This document shows, piece after piece, positions 26,640-40,214 of a stretch of 64,000 nt of DNA. The notes under the pieces are model-generated. The model had not been told where the DNA came from and did no database searches. It saw nothing but the letters and a program-made list of their open reading frames with translations. The translations under genes were made by a program, and so were the position numbers. The DNA lies in contig NC_087436.1 of the NCBI RefSeq assembly GCF_036321535.1, positions 97,404,001 through 97,468,000 on the forward strand, given 5' to 3'. Positions within the stretch are counted from its first letter, which is position 1. The number at the start of each line of letters is the position of its first letter. Source of the DNA: Camelus dromedarius (lineage: Eukaryota).

Positions 26640-26670
<31 letters not shown>
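26640..26670 (+). repeat. T31 homopolymer
   Basis: 31 consecutive T. Confidence 0.97.
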
Positions 26671-26674
<4 letters not shown>

Positions 26675-26879
26675 AGGGAAAGAAAGCAGCAACAAACAAA
26701 TCAACTTCCACCATAAAAATACTGATTTGGGTTCTTTACGATACCTATTGTTGCTTCTAGAATCATTACATCCACTCATTCATTCCCAGAAGCAAACTTT
26801 CCTACCTTTTTGGAAACATAGTAACCCATCCACAATGTCACCCAGTGCTATAATTGTAATTATGGCTAAAAAAATTCAT

Positions 26880-27216
26880 GGCTTTAAACCAGTTAGATAT
26901 ATTTGAAGATAAACACAAACATAAACGCGGCACGGGATTAGCGCAGTGCCCGGTCTCCTGAGTGCTGCCAAACATCTGTGTTGGAAAGAAAGAAGCAAAT
27001 GCACAAGCAGGCTCTGTTTGCTCCATCTCTGCACGTGTGTTCTGAGATGACACACCAGGGTGTATGTGAGCAAATAATGAGAGAACGTTGTGATCAGCAT
27101 GACTCATTACCCAAATCTCGTGTGGATTCCTGCTGGGAGTTTTGTTGTCAGTTTGTGCCTCCCTAATTCTGTGGAGCTGAACAGAAAACAAACTCCAATC
27201 AGAGTTAAAGGTAAGA
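26880..27216 (+). promoter_or_regulatory. Candidate enhancer/promoter with downstream 5' splice site
   Basis: 8 CpG in 26921-27120; AAACCAGTT (GRHL-like), AAACACAAACATAAAC (forkhead-like), CACGTG at 27032-27037, ATGACTCAT (AP-1) at 27099-27107, AAG|GTAAGA at 27210/27211. Confidence 0.4.
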
Positions 27217-27983
27217 ATATTTGTTCACTTCTAGGTACTTGAATGAACATCTCAGGTTGCTTATAGTTACAATTCCCTGAAATATGGAAAGATGGACATC
27301 ATTCACATTAGCAATGGAGACTACGTCTTTGTTACTTCCAGCTACATAACGTAATGGCTCCAGACATCTTCCCTCATCACCACTGTTTTGTGTGCCGTGG
27401 ATTCCAGTTACACAAAGCTTCGCACATAAGTGCTCCACAAACGTGTGCTGATTATGTGATGAGGGGAATGTGTTTATTCCCCAAGTCCCACTCTTAGGAC
27501 TGGGGTGAATCAATTTGAGCATAATGACCTTGGTTAGTTAAACAATTCTTAATTCACACTTATTATATAATAAAGCTAAATGCTGGAATATGATGAGGCG
27601 TGGAATCAACCAGAGTTCTTCTGGATGCAGATGAAGATCTTGTGGGAAAGAACATTTTAATTATAGAATGAAAACTACTTTGAGTAAAGGCAAAGAAATG
27701 AGAGGCATTAGTACTAGTTAACTGGGCAAAGAGGAGAGGGAAGAACGACTGATGGCTGAAGGATCAGCCCTGCCAAGGTCCTGTGCTAAAGGAACAGAGA
27801 AGGACTGCACCACTGCAGTGGAGAAACTGGAGCAGGAGTACAGCTTAGAATGAGGCTGGGGGGAAGTTAGGAACACAACTAGGTCTAACATTTTGTGGTG
27901 AGAACAACAGGGAAGTGTGGAGGACACACCGTTGTGGTTGTGGGGTGTGAGAACGGAGTCAAGTAGATGAAGATGAACAAGTG

Positions 27984-28520
27984 TGCAGTGGGGAATTTAG
28001 CCTCATCCAAAGAGTGGTCTCACCTTTGTCTCTGATTCCTGTCAGGTAACCGCCAAGCCCTTAGAATTTCCTGAATGATAGGAATGCCTTTGTTCTTTAC
28101 AGCAGGCCCCGCGAACAGTACCTGATAGTTTATGCTAATGACATGACCTGCGAAGGGCTCCTCGGGCCACACAATATTGGCTTGACCTCCAGAAAGGAGT
28201 GAGATAGAGTTCAAACACATGGGCAGTTAACCAATCAATCATGTCTACACAATTAACCCCCAAGAAAAACTCTGGACACTGAAGTTTGGGGGAGCTTCCT
28301 CGGTTGTCAACACTGTGCAGATTGTCACACACGAAAACTGAGAGGGTAACACATTCTAAGGAGACCCTGAGACTCTCCCCTATCTCTGTCTTCCTGTGGC
28401 TGACTTTCTGCATCCTTTTCCTATGATAAACGTACCCACGAGTATAATAGATTTCCACTTGTTCCTGTGACTTTTTCTTTAGCAAATCATCAAACTTGAA
28501 GATGGGTTGGGGAAATCCCC
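27984..28520 (+). mobile_element. ERVL LTR (MER77/MER21-family-like)
   Basis: ggaatttagcctcatccaaagagtggtct...aagcccttagaat...gatagtttatgctaatga...caatcaatcatgtctac...aaactctggacactgaag. Confidence 0.7.
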
Positions 28521-28522
28521 TC

Positions 28523-28850
28523 TGACGGTTAATTTTATGTCAATGTGGGTGGGCCAGGGTGCCCACTTATGTAGTCAAATCTTATTCTGGATGTTTCTGT
28601 GAAGGTGTTTTTTAGATGAGATTAACATTTCAATCAGTAGATTTTGAGTAAAGAAGTTCACCCTCCACTATGTGGTTGGGTTTCATCCAATCACTTGAAG
28701 GTCTTAGTGAAACAAAGACTGGCCTCCCCTGAAAAAGAAGGAATTCTGCCAAAAGAATGCCTTTGGACCTCCAACTGCAACTCTTTGCTGGTTCTCCAGT
28801 CTACCGGCCTACTTACAGATTTTGGATTTTGTAAGCCTGTGCAATTGCAT
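28523..28850 (+). mobile_element. ERVL MLT2 LTR, 3' truncated
   Basis: tgacggttaattttatgtca...ctggatgtttctgtgaaggtgttttttagatgagattaacattt. Confidence 0.85.
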
Positions 28851-30939
28851 TATAATCCCCAGAAGCTCTGTTTTGCTCAGTGTACTAACCGTCATATTGT
28901 TGAGTGAAGAACTGATTAAATCCTCCTTTAGGTACTCAGAACATTTCTGGCAATATTTGGGATAGTGAAAAAGTGATGGTCCCTTCTTCCCTGGACTGTG
29001 GTAGGCTCTGGTAGCATCATTTTTGTGGATTGTGGGTCACAGAGCATCTTCCTTTGTGGAACATTCTAATTAGAGACATAGTATGGTTAAGTTATTCAAC
29101 TTTCACTTTCTCTACAAATTCTGAATGTGTGGTGACATATTCTGTGGGTCAAGGGAAAAATGGGCCTATCACATTTATTACAATCACTTTTTCCATATTT
29201 TGATTTAGACTTCCTTTTAGCATTTCAAGTCCTTTGATGATAAAACACAGTAAGAGGATTCTGATTCTACTACAGTCAGAAAAGAAGTTATCGTTTTCCT
29301 GAGGTGATACACTTACTCATTTTTCAGACAAAGGAGAGGGGAGGTGTCAAGACATACTGAATCCTCGGTGGGGACAGAATAACTCTATATTAGTAACAAT
29401 GTGAAAAGGTTCTGAAGTAAGACTCAAGAGACTGAGTTCCAATATTATTTGTTTACCCCTTCTAACAATGACACTAGTAACCAGTGAGATCATCCAACTA
29501 CAGAAAACTCTGTAGCCGGGCCTCCAGCCTCAGGCCACGATGCCTGACACAGGCATGTCTGAGCCCCTCTCCAAAGGATTCGGAACATTCTCACGTGACA
29601 GGCTCACCCTCAGTTCACTGGAAAATGACTGAAAAGAATGATTCCAGTGAGTAAATTGAATCCAGATAATGGTAAGTATGTAGTCTTTGTTCTATATGTC
29701 CGTAATGATGGGAGGACGTTTTATGAAAGTTAGGTTCGAGAAACATTTCTGAAACATGAATTCTACTGATATATCTGTTAAGCAAATTTGTTTATGGCAA
29801 AGGTCGAATACATAGAGCCTTTGAAATGTGCCCAAATTTAGTGATAAAATATTGTACACACTTTAGTATTTTAAGTTATCAGTTGAAGATTACATAGGCT
29901 ATAATGTTTATACTGTTTAATGTTTCTAAAGGCTCACAAACACATAATGAATAGATTCCCTGGACTCATAAAACTCTATTTATTGCATATTCCACTAATG
30001 CAGCACATATATTTCTGGGCTTATTGGGAAAAGGATAGAGCCTCAGGTGTCTACTGTAAATACCAAATGATGTTTAAAGCTGTCTTTATCCTTAGTTTTA
30101 AAGTAGATTTTTGATGAGAAAATACTGCAGTGACACACCTGCTTCTTTAAACTTAGTTTATTTCATGTGGAAAATAAGGAATCAGTTGTCATTTCAGCAG
30201 GGAGATTAAGTGTTGTTTGATCATCTTCAGGACTTTTCTGAGAAGGAAATATCTTTCTTGCATTATTTTGGGAGTCTGGTAACTTAATAGCTTAAAAGTA
30301 TTATATGTCCTGCAGAAATGGAAGTGTATATACTCAGAAAACCTTAAGAATATGTAATTGAGAACATTTTGAACTTGTTGAAGCTTTTAGAATTCAAAAT
30401 GCACCTCTATAAGTCAATTATTTGGACTGTTCTCAGGCTAGCTTTCCTCCAATATGAAAATAATAATGTGACATTGTCAGTAAATCAAAGATGTAAGCTT
30501 GGCTACTGTGAATTTGTCAGGTTTGGAGAAAACGTGAGGGAATGCTAGTAACAGTGTAAGGTTTTTCTGAAGACAGGAGTTGTCTTGCTCTTCGAGTGTG
30601 CATCATGATCTCCACCTGCACAAACTGGCAACCAACTGGTATCAGGGGATTGGCTCATTATACGAAAATAAACCTAACCCATCTAGGCTAGCTTGGACTT
30701 TATGAAACTGGGGCACACTGTATTAGGATGTTAATATTCACCAGTAGAGTGGGGGGAAATCTCAAAGCAGATGTGTTAAGTTCAAAGTTTGAGAGTATTG
30801 ACAAATAGAGTCAACAAATCTGCCTCTCCCTTCATTTATAAAAGCATTTAGTAAGCTAAAAAGCGTAAATGTTAATTACTGTTATTTGTAGATCTGAAAT
30901 TATAGAATGTCACCCACATCCCAAACTGCTCATAGATAT

Positions 30940-31110
30940 TCTGTGAAGTGGTTGTAACATTAACCCTCTACCCTAATATTGTGATGAAGAAATGAGCTCA
31001 GAGAGCTTATGATTCCTCTTGAATGGAGTTCACACTGTAAGTCAGCAGGAAGTGAGATTAAAATCAGAATTTCTGACTCTTATTTTGGAAAACTATTTTT
31101 ACCTTATCAC
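30940..31110 (-). mobile_element. MIR fragment
   Basis: gatgaagaaatgagctcagagagcttatga...gttcacactgtaagtcagcag. Confidence 0.6.
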
Positions 31111-31619
31111 TAACATTGATTTTTTGAAATATTAATTATTCAGCAAAATCTGTGTTCTTATTGTGAAAAGCTCCCTCAGCTTGGTATTTTCCAACTTGTT
31201 CATGTACCATACATTGATAATGACAAAAGTGCCGATGGTATTTTGAAGTTACACCACATCTCAGTTCGGTAACCAGGCAGAGAGAGGCAGGGAGAAGCTA
31301 TGAGATTCCTGCGATCACTGGTGACAAGGACAGGACTGGAGTGGATTTCACTGACTTTTCAACCATGATAGAAGTTAGAGCTGAGCTTAAATAGTACCAG
31401 CGCTGTAGGAAGAGAAGGAGTAGAATTGCGAGGTGTTGTCAGTACTGGGAGGGAACGGTGGGCCTCTGATCCTGGGGACTTGGAAGGAAGGGGATGCGGT
31501 GGTTGCCTTTTCTTGCTGAGCTTTCTTCTGTTTTTCTCAGTTCACGTTTGCTGTTATTTTATAGGCAGCCTCTGCCTACAGGAAGGAGGCACCTGATCCA
31601 AGAGATGAATAATTGAAGA

Positions 31620-32012
31620 CAATCGTGATGATTCCATTTCCCTTTGCCAGTGATTGGATGAGTGGTGGCCATGTGACTCAGATCTAGCCAGTAAGATATA
31701 AGGGGAAATCTGGGGGAAATGGTCATATTAGCAAAAGAAAGAGAAGAAAAAGTGAAAACTCCCTGACCCTCTTTTTCTTGGCTTTGAACTTACTTGTGTA
31801 ATGGTGTGATGTTAGGAAATGCAGTAATCTATTTTCCCCATGAGAGAAAATTAAGAGACTCCTGAAGAAGGTTAGTGCCCTGACATCACTGAACTGCTGA
31901 ACCAACTCTAAAAGTTCGATCATCAGACATTTTTAAAAAATGAAACAAATAATTACATTTGCTTAAGCCACTTTCAGTCAGGCAATTTTTTACTCAGAGC
32001 CAAAAGCATCAT
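31620..32012 (+). mobile_element. MaLR MLT1J-like LTR
   Basis: ttgccagtgattgg...gccatgtgactcag; ccctgacatcactgaactgctgaaccaac; ttaagccact...agccaaaagcatc. Confidence 0.75.
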
Positions 32013-32017
32013 CGTGG

Positions 32018-32490
32018 TCCCTGGTTCTCTCTCTGCCCTCAGGTCCATCCTCTGCCCTTCTCTGTGTGCTGTGTGCCCTGGAAGGCTGACCCCTACGGAC
32101 TGCATTGCCGGGACCTCTTTGCTTTCTGGTTTCTGGCTGGCATCACCTAAAAAGAAGTTTCTATAAATCAGAGCATTTTTCCCCCCTACAACTGTGTCCC
32201 TGTTTCAATGTGATTCTTGCTGTACTGTGCCCCCTAAGGTGGTGGCTTCTATCTGACAGCCTTATTTCATGACTGCTGCTCTTAGCCAGGCTTAATGACG
32301 TTCACTTCCCCCTCCTTTTTTCCTGCAGGTTGAGGGGGGCAATATTAGCTGGTTGCTATTGCTTCCTGCTGGGTGTCTCAACATCCTGCGGGTTCCTTTA
32401 GCATTTCCCATACCTCTATAGATAGTTCCTTCATTAAAAATGCTCAGCTGAGGCTGTTGACTGCTTTCTGCTGAAACCCTGACTGATACA
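32018..32490 (+). mobile_element. ERVL LTR33-like solo LTR
   Basis: gtgccctggaaggctgacccctacggactgcat; ends ttccttcattaaa...accctgactgataca. Confidence 0.75.
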
Positions 32491-32609
32491 AACACTTTCT
32501 AAAGGCTTTTAAAAATGAATCAGAGCAAAGAGATGCCATTTCTTTTGAAGAGTAGAATAATTCTAGGCCAACACAAGATGTTTATAGTTAAGGTAGAGGT
32601 CTTATCCTG

Positions 32610-33077
32610 TGTACTAGTTTGTAAGGACTGCCATGACGAATTTACACAAACCTGGTGGCTTAAACAACATAAAGGTGTTGTCATGTTGTCTCACAGTTCT
32701 GGAGGCTAAAGTCCAAGATCAAGGTGTTAGCATGGTTTGCTTCTTCTGAGGGCTGTGGAGAAGAACCTTTTCCATGCTTCTCTCCTAGTTTCTGGGGATT
32801 TGATAGCAATCTTTGGCAGTCTGTGGTTTCTGCTGCATCACCACGATCTCTGCCTTCATCATCAAATGATGTTCTCCCTGTGCGCCTGTGTCCAAATTTC
32901 CCTCTTTTGTAAGAAATCAGTTCTTTTGAATTGGAATTCCACCCTTCTCCAATATGACCTCAGCTTTACTAATTATATCTGCCATGATCTTATTTCTAAG
33001 TAAGGCCACATTCTGAGGTGCTGAGGGTTAAGACTTTAACATGTGAATTTTGGGAAGACACAGTTTGATCCATAGCA
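32610..33077 (-). mobile_element. MaLR MLT1C-like solo LTR
   Basis: TG...CA ends; TSD TCCTG (32605-32609) / CCCTG (33078-33082); tcacagttctggaggcta...tccaagatcaaggtgtt. Confidence 0.88.
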
Positions 33078-33339
33078 CCCTGTCTAAAGGAACCACTATG
33101 GGTTATTTGTTCTGCTGTGAAACAGGAAAAGGATTTAGAAAAGCCTGTCAAGCCCAAGCTACGGTTGGTGATATCCCAGACCAGAGATATCAACTCTTCA
33201 CATAAACTCTCTAGTCTGAATAGTACACGTACCACCATGTTGGAAATAGTTATTTCACATAACTTTAACCATATTTACCAAGAAGCATTCTGACTGTACT
33301 TTACCTGCCCTTTTAAACATTTAAACACTTATTTAAATA

Positions 33340-33490
33340 CTTAACATGTTTTATTTGGTTTAATCTTGACAACAGTCTTGTAAATTAATATTTGCATCAT
33401 CATTTTTCAGATAAGCTTGAAGTCACTCAGCTAAGGTTTTTAAGTTTTGTCAAGCCAGAATGATGAAGCCAGAATTAAAATCTAAGAGAA
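33340..33490 (-). mobile_element. MIR fragment
   Basis: ttaatcttgacaacagtcttgtaa...catttttcagataag. Confidence 0.5.
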
Positions 33491-36400
33491 GATTTGACAC
33501 AGTGAGAGACAGTCATAGCTAAGGTCCTAGTGACGTGTTATCTTGGCTTTCTAATTTTTTTTGTTTGTTTAAGTTATGAAACTGGAACTCTTATGTGCAC
33601 ATAAGTATCACTGGCTTATTAAATGTTAGGCTGTCCTGGGACTGATGGCTATCCTGTGCTGCCAACTCTGGTTTCCAGTTCTTAAGTCTGAGTTTCACTT
33701 GTAACTCCATTGGTGTTCATTTGTTTTTTAATTTCCAAAAGAGCTAATAGACAGTAAAGTTACTCTGAAATGTAGCCCAAAAAACCTCATATCTGTCCTA
33801 AATATATATTTTTTGCTTTTATTTAAAAAAATCATTTTATGTGATGAATATAGAGAGAATATTCCTCAGAACCACTCACACCCAGCTATGTAAGAGATAA
33901 CCCAAGTGTGTAACAAATAGGCATGGGAATGTGAAAGGCACAGCTGTGGCAGGAATTAGTACGTTGGGTCTTTGTCACTGCCTGAGAAAACATACATTGG
34001 AAAGAACATCCTTCTGCTTCATTCACTGGGAAAAAACAGGCACCAAAGAGGACTACATTCTAAAGCAGATGGAGTTGGGGGACTGAAAGATTAGCGTAGC
34101 TCCAGCAATCAGATGTTGCAACCTAAACTGTTTTTCTTTTCACAGATTACTTACTGAAAAATGTAACTCCTTACATTTAGTCAGAGAAAAATTGCCTTAA
34201 TGGACCAGATAAACTTCCCAGGTAAATCTCGTTATCTTTAAGGATGATTAGATGCCTGTGGTCAGAGTGGGTGTATGTTTATTGCTGCTTTACCATTTTT
34301 AATCCAGTTTAAAAGCTTTGATTACATTTCAAGCCAATATACTCTTCCATAATTGGGCTTCAGAGACTTGAGATTCAAATTGGCTTACATATAAAGTCAT
34401 AAATGGAAAATTTATGAATGTCAAATGAAACAACAAGCTTTGGATGATCAGGATTATGGAGAAATGGAGAGATGAGTGCCCATGATGGGCCAGCCACTCT
34501 CACAGAGATGAGTTCCCCTGATTCCCTCAATAAAGTTTTCAAAAAGATATGTTTACATTGATCACATTTATGAGCATACTGGTGTTCAGAGACATTAAGT
34601 TGCCCAGGGTCTCATAGTCAGGAACAGAAAAGCTGGAGATATAGATATCATATTCTTGATCTTAAACTCTTTATAGGATAGCACAGTCCTTACATAGCAA
34701 GTGAAATTCCTTACCAGGTACTTTATAACACAATATTTATAAAAACTGTGTTTTGTAATAATTGATCCAACCAAGTCATATAAGTACATTCCTTCTCTTC
34801 TTTCCTTCCTTCTCCCTTTCCTTCCAGCATTTTTATTGGGCACCACCATGAATCAGATTTTGTTTCATTTTAAGGGGGCACGGGCTCATTGATCTATAAT
34901 TCTCAGGGGATGACAGTTGACTCAGGGAGTCCCAGGTTTCAGAAATCAGAGACCCGGGCCCGTATAGTGGTTGACCTGGCAAATCACGTCCTCATAAACC
35001 TGGCAAGACAGTGCAGATCTAGTGGGAGAAAAGGCAAGTTCAGAGAAAGGCATACAGTGTAGCCACCTCTGAACAGAGCAACGTGGGAATTTTCCTTTTC
35101 ATGTGGGAATTTTATTACCCGAATTTTAGCTAACAGAGCAAACATGTTCTAAATATAAAGTAACATCGACAACTGAATCTATGCTTCTTGGTCAGGTAGT
35201 TCTGTCCTTAGAAATCAGACTGGGGATGACAGACATTGAATTTGAAGACATGGCCTCTGGGCAGTTCTTTGCATCACATCTCTGGAGTCAGATTTAAGAC
35301 GTTTTTTTAATATTACCTGCATGCCTTTAAATGTTAATTAGAAATCCATTTCCCTAGACTTCTTATATGTTCATGATATACTTTTAAGTTATTATGAGTC
35401 TTTACTTTTGTTCATTCATTTCTTTATCTATAAACCAAATATAAATTAAAGTTTAATATATATATATATTTTTCCAAGCCCAGTGATAGGCTCTGGGGTT
35501 ACAAGAAAGGAAAATAAAGATCTCTGTTCTACTGACTTCAGTTCAATTTGTGCTGGAGTATGTTTGCTGTATCTTCACATTCTCTATACAGTTTTTACTG
35601 ACAAACATACCAATGGATTTTATCAGAATACAAGTATCAGAGTATTAAATGGAAGTCAACATTTTAACATGTTTCTCATCTCCTAGAATTTGAGTATTGA
35701 ATTATTTCACCGATGTAATGAATTGCATAATGACACAGCACTTGTGATAAAAAACAATACACAGTGGTCTACCATTGAGATTTAAGTATTAGACCAAAAA
35801 ACTTCTTAGTGGAAATGTCCCAAGACACCACTTAAAAACCCTTGAGATGAGTCTGAGATGGACTGATTGCCCTCTTGAGACAAAGCAGTGCTGAAGTCTT
35901 GTCAAGAGTCAAGCCTGTCTAACTACCTTTCAGCTTTTCACTTTCAGAACTTGATTTTGCATTCAACACAATCTCTCGGCATCTGAAGCTCTGTCAAACT
36001 AAACAGCTCTGTTTTACACACATTTTTGAAAAGCCTCATAGACTGTTTTCACATACAGTGTATCTTTTAAATAATATAACCTTGAAGCAGCATTGAGCTA
36101 TTATTTTCATAAAGGGAACACTAGAAACCAGTGAAGCTTACATATTTGCTGTCTTTGCAGGAAAAAGAAATGCGCCCTTCGCCTTATTTTTCCCTATAAC
36201 AGAGTTCTGCCATTTTGAAAAGTAGCACAATTTTTTTTTTTTTAAATTCAGAGCCAAGATACGGGTTTTCTTCATTTCTTCCTAAACCTAAGAACTTTTC
36301 AACCTTAAAGTAAATGTTTTCTCAAAAAACTGAAACTCTGGGACACACATTTTTACCTATTCTCTGCAGCCCAGAATTCCAATGAGTATTACTGGCAGCC

Positions 36401-36769
36401 TATAAACTCAAAGACTAGTAACAACCCAGAGCGAACTAGAGAGTTTGATTGTGCTCAAAAGGCGGGATGTAGACCATCAGGGAGAAATCATTCTTTCATG
36501 ATTTTCTTTTTGTTATGTCACGATCTTCCTTCTACATCTGTATCTTATTCTTAAACTCTTTATAGGGTAGCATCTATGTTATATACTAAATTAAATTTCC
36601 TTATTCACAAATTTAAGTTTACAAATTACTGTTTACAAAAAAATGTGTTTTGTAGTGATTGATCTAATCAATTCATATATATAAATTGTTTTCCTTCCCT
36701 CTTTCTTCCCTCTTTTTCATCCTCCTCCCTCCTTCAATTGCTCCCTTTCTCATTCCTTGAGTCCCTCCT

Positions 36770-36934
<165 letters not shown>

Positions 36935-38542
36935 CCATCCATCACATGTACTGTGCACCACAAGGAACCAGGTCAGGTTCCAGTTCCATGGGAAGAAGTT
37001 CCATTGATTTGTAACACTTGCAGGATGATTGTTTACTCATCACGGGGGTCCTAGGGCTTCAGAGGTCAGAGAATTGTTACTATATAAACTTTTAAAAGTT
37101 GAGAAATCTCACTTTAGTTCTCTATCCATTTCTATGATGGATTGCCTTCTGGAGATGTAAACGTCTCTTGGCTTGTTTTATTTTCTGGACTTAGTACTGC
37201 ATATACAGATCTGAATTCTACAGATGCTATGTGGAATTCTGAATCTGAAGCCTTCATGCTTGCATTATAAATTTGATCAAAGGAAGAACATTATAAGGGA
37301 CAGCATTGTGGGCCTGGAGTGGTTTGGTGCTTAAGATTTGCACATTCCATTTTAGCCCTAGTGATGCCACATGTTTCCAGTTAATAGCCAGCGGAGATGA
37401 GCACTTTACCAGGATCAGCAGTAATTCAGGCTATGAGCTCATAAATAATACTATATGCATTGCTTAATAATAAATAACCTGCAATTGGGAATAAAAAAGG
37501 TCAACACAGAAGAAGGGGCAAAGAAAACTAGCATACTGAAATGTGACATTCTCCACAGGTCTCATCACAATCTTAAGGGGTTACCAATGGAAGATAAGAA
37601 AATCGCCTGCCTTCATTTAGTTCATAGATAATCATAGTTGTTCATAAATTTAAAATTTTAGAAATCTAGCTACAAGTCTATATGCACTCCAGTTTACTGT
37701 GGTGCCTCTCCCATTGATAAAAACCCCCCACTTCTTCCACACGGAGACAAACTCTTATGTTACTATGTATGTATTTATTTAGTCACTTGATCTTGATTAT
37801 CTACTATGTGTCAGATGTCGATTTATAAGAGATGCAAAAGAATGAGGTAGCATCATGTAGTTGAATTAGTGTTGGCAGCAGGCAGATTTGGATTGAATTG
37901 TCATTACTATCATGGAGACTCAAGCCAGCAGTGGCAGTAAGTCATGCCCCAAATGGAATGTACTATAATGTCAAAAGTAGCTCATTTTTATTACCATAGG
38001 AATATGACAGCAAATAAATGCTTGGAATTCACTGGAAGGAGACCTTACAGTGTATGTTGGTGTTTATATTTAGTTACTTTACATCTGCATACATAAATTT
38101 ATCTATTACAATTGGCCTGAGAAAGATACCTATCTCTTCTAAAGCCCACTTGGAATTATCAGGTTATATAGACCATTTCTATAATTTTACTACATTTAAA
38201 ATAAAACTGCTAAAACGTTTCATAACATAGAATGATCTTACTGCAACACAATTTCTTTGTTTAGCTTTACTTTCTAGAGTAGAGGACACATTTTTAAAAT
38301 GTGTCTGAGTAGGACATAAATATTCTTGACTTATTAAGCAGTCTTTTGAACAGGGTTTACCTTCCTTTTTAAACGATATTAACCTTAATGCTTTAGACCC
38401 TGCCTGTCGAATAACTGGAAGAGGAAGAAGAAGAGTGATAATTTTGAAACATTTTACTGATTTATCCCATTCTTGCCTCTCTTGGCTTCCTGTACTGTTT
38501 GCCCTTAAGAAATCCAAGTGCAATACTGAGTGTGTTTTTCTA

Positions 38543-38945
38543 TCAGAGGTTGCAAACTGGCAGCGGGAGGGCCCCAGATGGTTCATAGATGTATTTTGTT
38601 TGACTCATACAAGGTTGGCTTGCACAATATTTACATTTTATTCTTAATTAGAACTGGGAAATTTCATCTTACATGTGAATAATTGACTTCCTTTGAAAAA
38701 AATACCAAAGTATTTTATATCAGTGGATCTTTTTGCAGACAGTGTGATTACTGGCTGGGTTAAGATCACCTTCACTGTACTGCACCACAGTCCCCACCAT
38801 TCCCTATCACATCCCAACACAGAGGCCCAACCTCAGTTGTTATTTAGCAGGGCATTTGTGCTATTGTTTTTCTTATTGTTGAGTGAGAAGAAAAAATACA
38901 TATTTCTTATAGTCCTGCCTCTATCTTATATGAGGCCAACATTGC
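38543..38945. mobile_element. hAT-Charlie DNA transposon relic (Charlie4-like)
   Basis: cagaggttgcaaactggcag...gatgtattttgtttgactc terminal sequence; caccacagtccccaccattcccta. Confidence 0.55.
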
Positions 38946-38954
38946 ATATTTACA

Positions 38955-39100
38955 CAGTTATCCCTTGACATCCATGGGGGATTTGTTCCAGGACACCCTA
39001 CAGATACCAAAATTCACAGATGCTCAATTCCCTTGTGTAAATTGTGTAGTCAGCTCTTTGAATCTATAGGTTCTGCATGTGCAGATACAGAGGTCAACTG
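38955..39100. mobile_element. Tigger/MER2-family MITE
   Basis: terminal inverted repeats CAGTT...AACTG followed by TA; gggggatttgttccaggac...ataccaaaattcacagatgctcaa. Confidence 0.8.
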
Positions 39101-39238
39101 TATTCTCTGCCTTCCTCTAAAAGTGCATGATTTTAGGACCCCTATATCACTGGAGAGTTAACCTAGTATAGTGAAAAGAATCAAGCAGATTTAGATTCTG
39201 ACAGATCTGGGTTCAAATTCACTGATGGCAAAATAATA

Positions 39239-39470
39239 CAGTCAACCCTAGAACAATAGGAGTTTGAACTGTGCAGGGCCATTTATACATGGATTTTTTT
39301 TCAATAAGTATGTAATACCATACCACACGATCCACGGCTGGTTGAGTCTGCTGATGCAGAACCATGGATACAGAGTATGTGCGGACTATAAAGTTATACA
39401 TGGGTTTTCTACCATGTATGGGGTCGGGGAGTTGGTACCTCAAACCCCCATGTTGTTCAAGGGTTAACTC
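39239..39470. mobile_element. Tigger2/MER8-family MITE nested in a MIR
   Basis: TA on both sides (39237-39238, 39471-39472); inverted ends cagtcaaccctagaacaa / ttgttcaagggttaactc; MIR halves at about 39160-39236 and 39473-39525. Confidence 0.85.
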
Positions 39471-40214
39471 TATACAAATAAGCCAAGTGACTTAACCTTG
39501 CCAGGCCTTTTGGATATCTAAAAGAAAGTACTGAAAGTATTGAAATTGAAAAGCATTTAAAATGTTCATAGAAATTAAATACACGTCAGAAGGTTTTTTT
39601 GTGCAAAATAAACGAGACGATGTCTGCAGGATACCCTTGGTGCAGAGCAGACGTTGCATATGCGTGCTACTTCCATGCAGTGATGAAATAGAATTCTTTG
39701 TGGCTGTGTGCATTTTGGAAGTTCTCAGTATCAAAAGGAGGTGTTAATCCTGTTTCTCCCTCCTCAGGCAGCTGGAAGTAGCAGTCATTAATAGGGAGTC
39801 GTCAAGCACAACTACAAACCCTCCTGCATCTAAATTCCTCAGGAAACACAGAGGTTGACTCTGTGACAGGCAGTCTATTCGCTTTTTTAGTCTGTTCTGT
39901 GATTAGAGCAGGTCACCTAAAAAATCTAAACTCTGTGTCAATACCTATGCCCCCTCCTTCTCAAGTTTAATTAATAACTTGTATGTTGGCCTTATTTCTT
40001 TCACCTACACTGAAGAAAAATCCCTGCGCAAATGTGGTGATCATTACTATAAATATGTTGTGAATCCTCTTTATTTCTTTTCAATTTTTTTTATGTATAA
40101 GGCATCATGGCAGGAGTTTATCCCTAATTCTATTTCATTTTTACAAATTAATGTTCTTCTGTGGGGGTAACCCTTTTTTTTTTTAACATTATGAGTTCAG
40201 TGAACAACATAATG

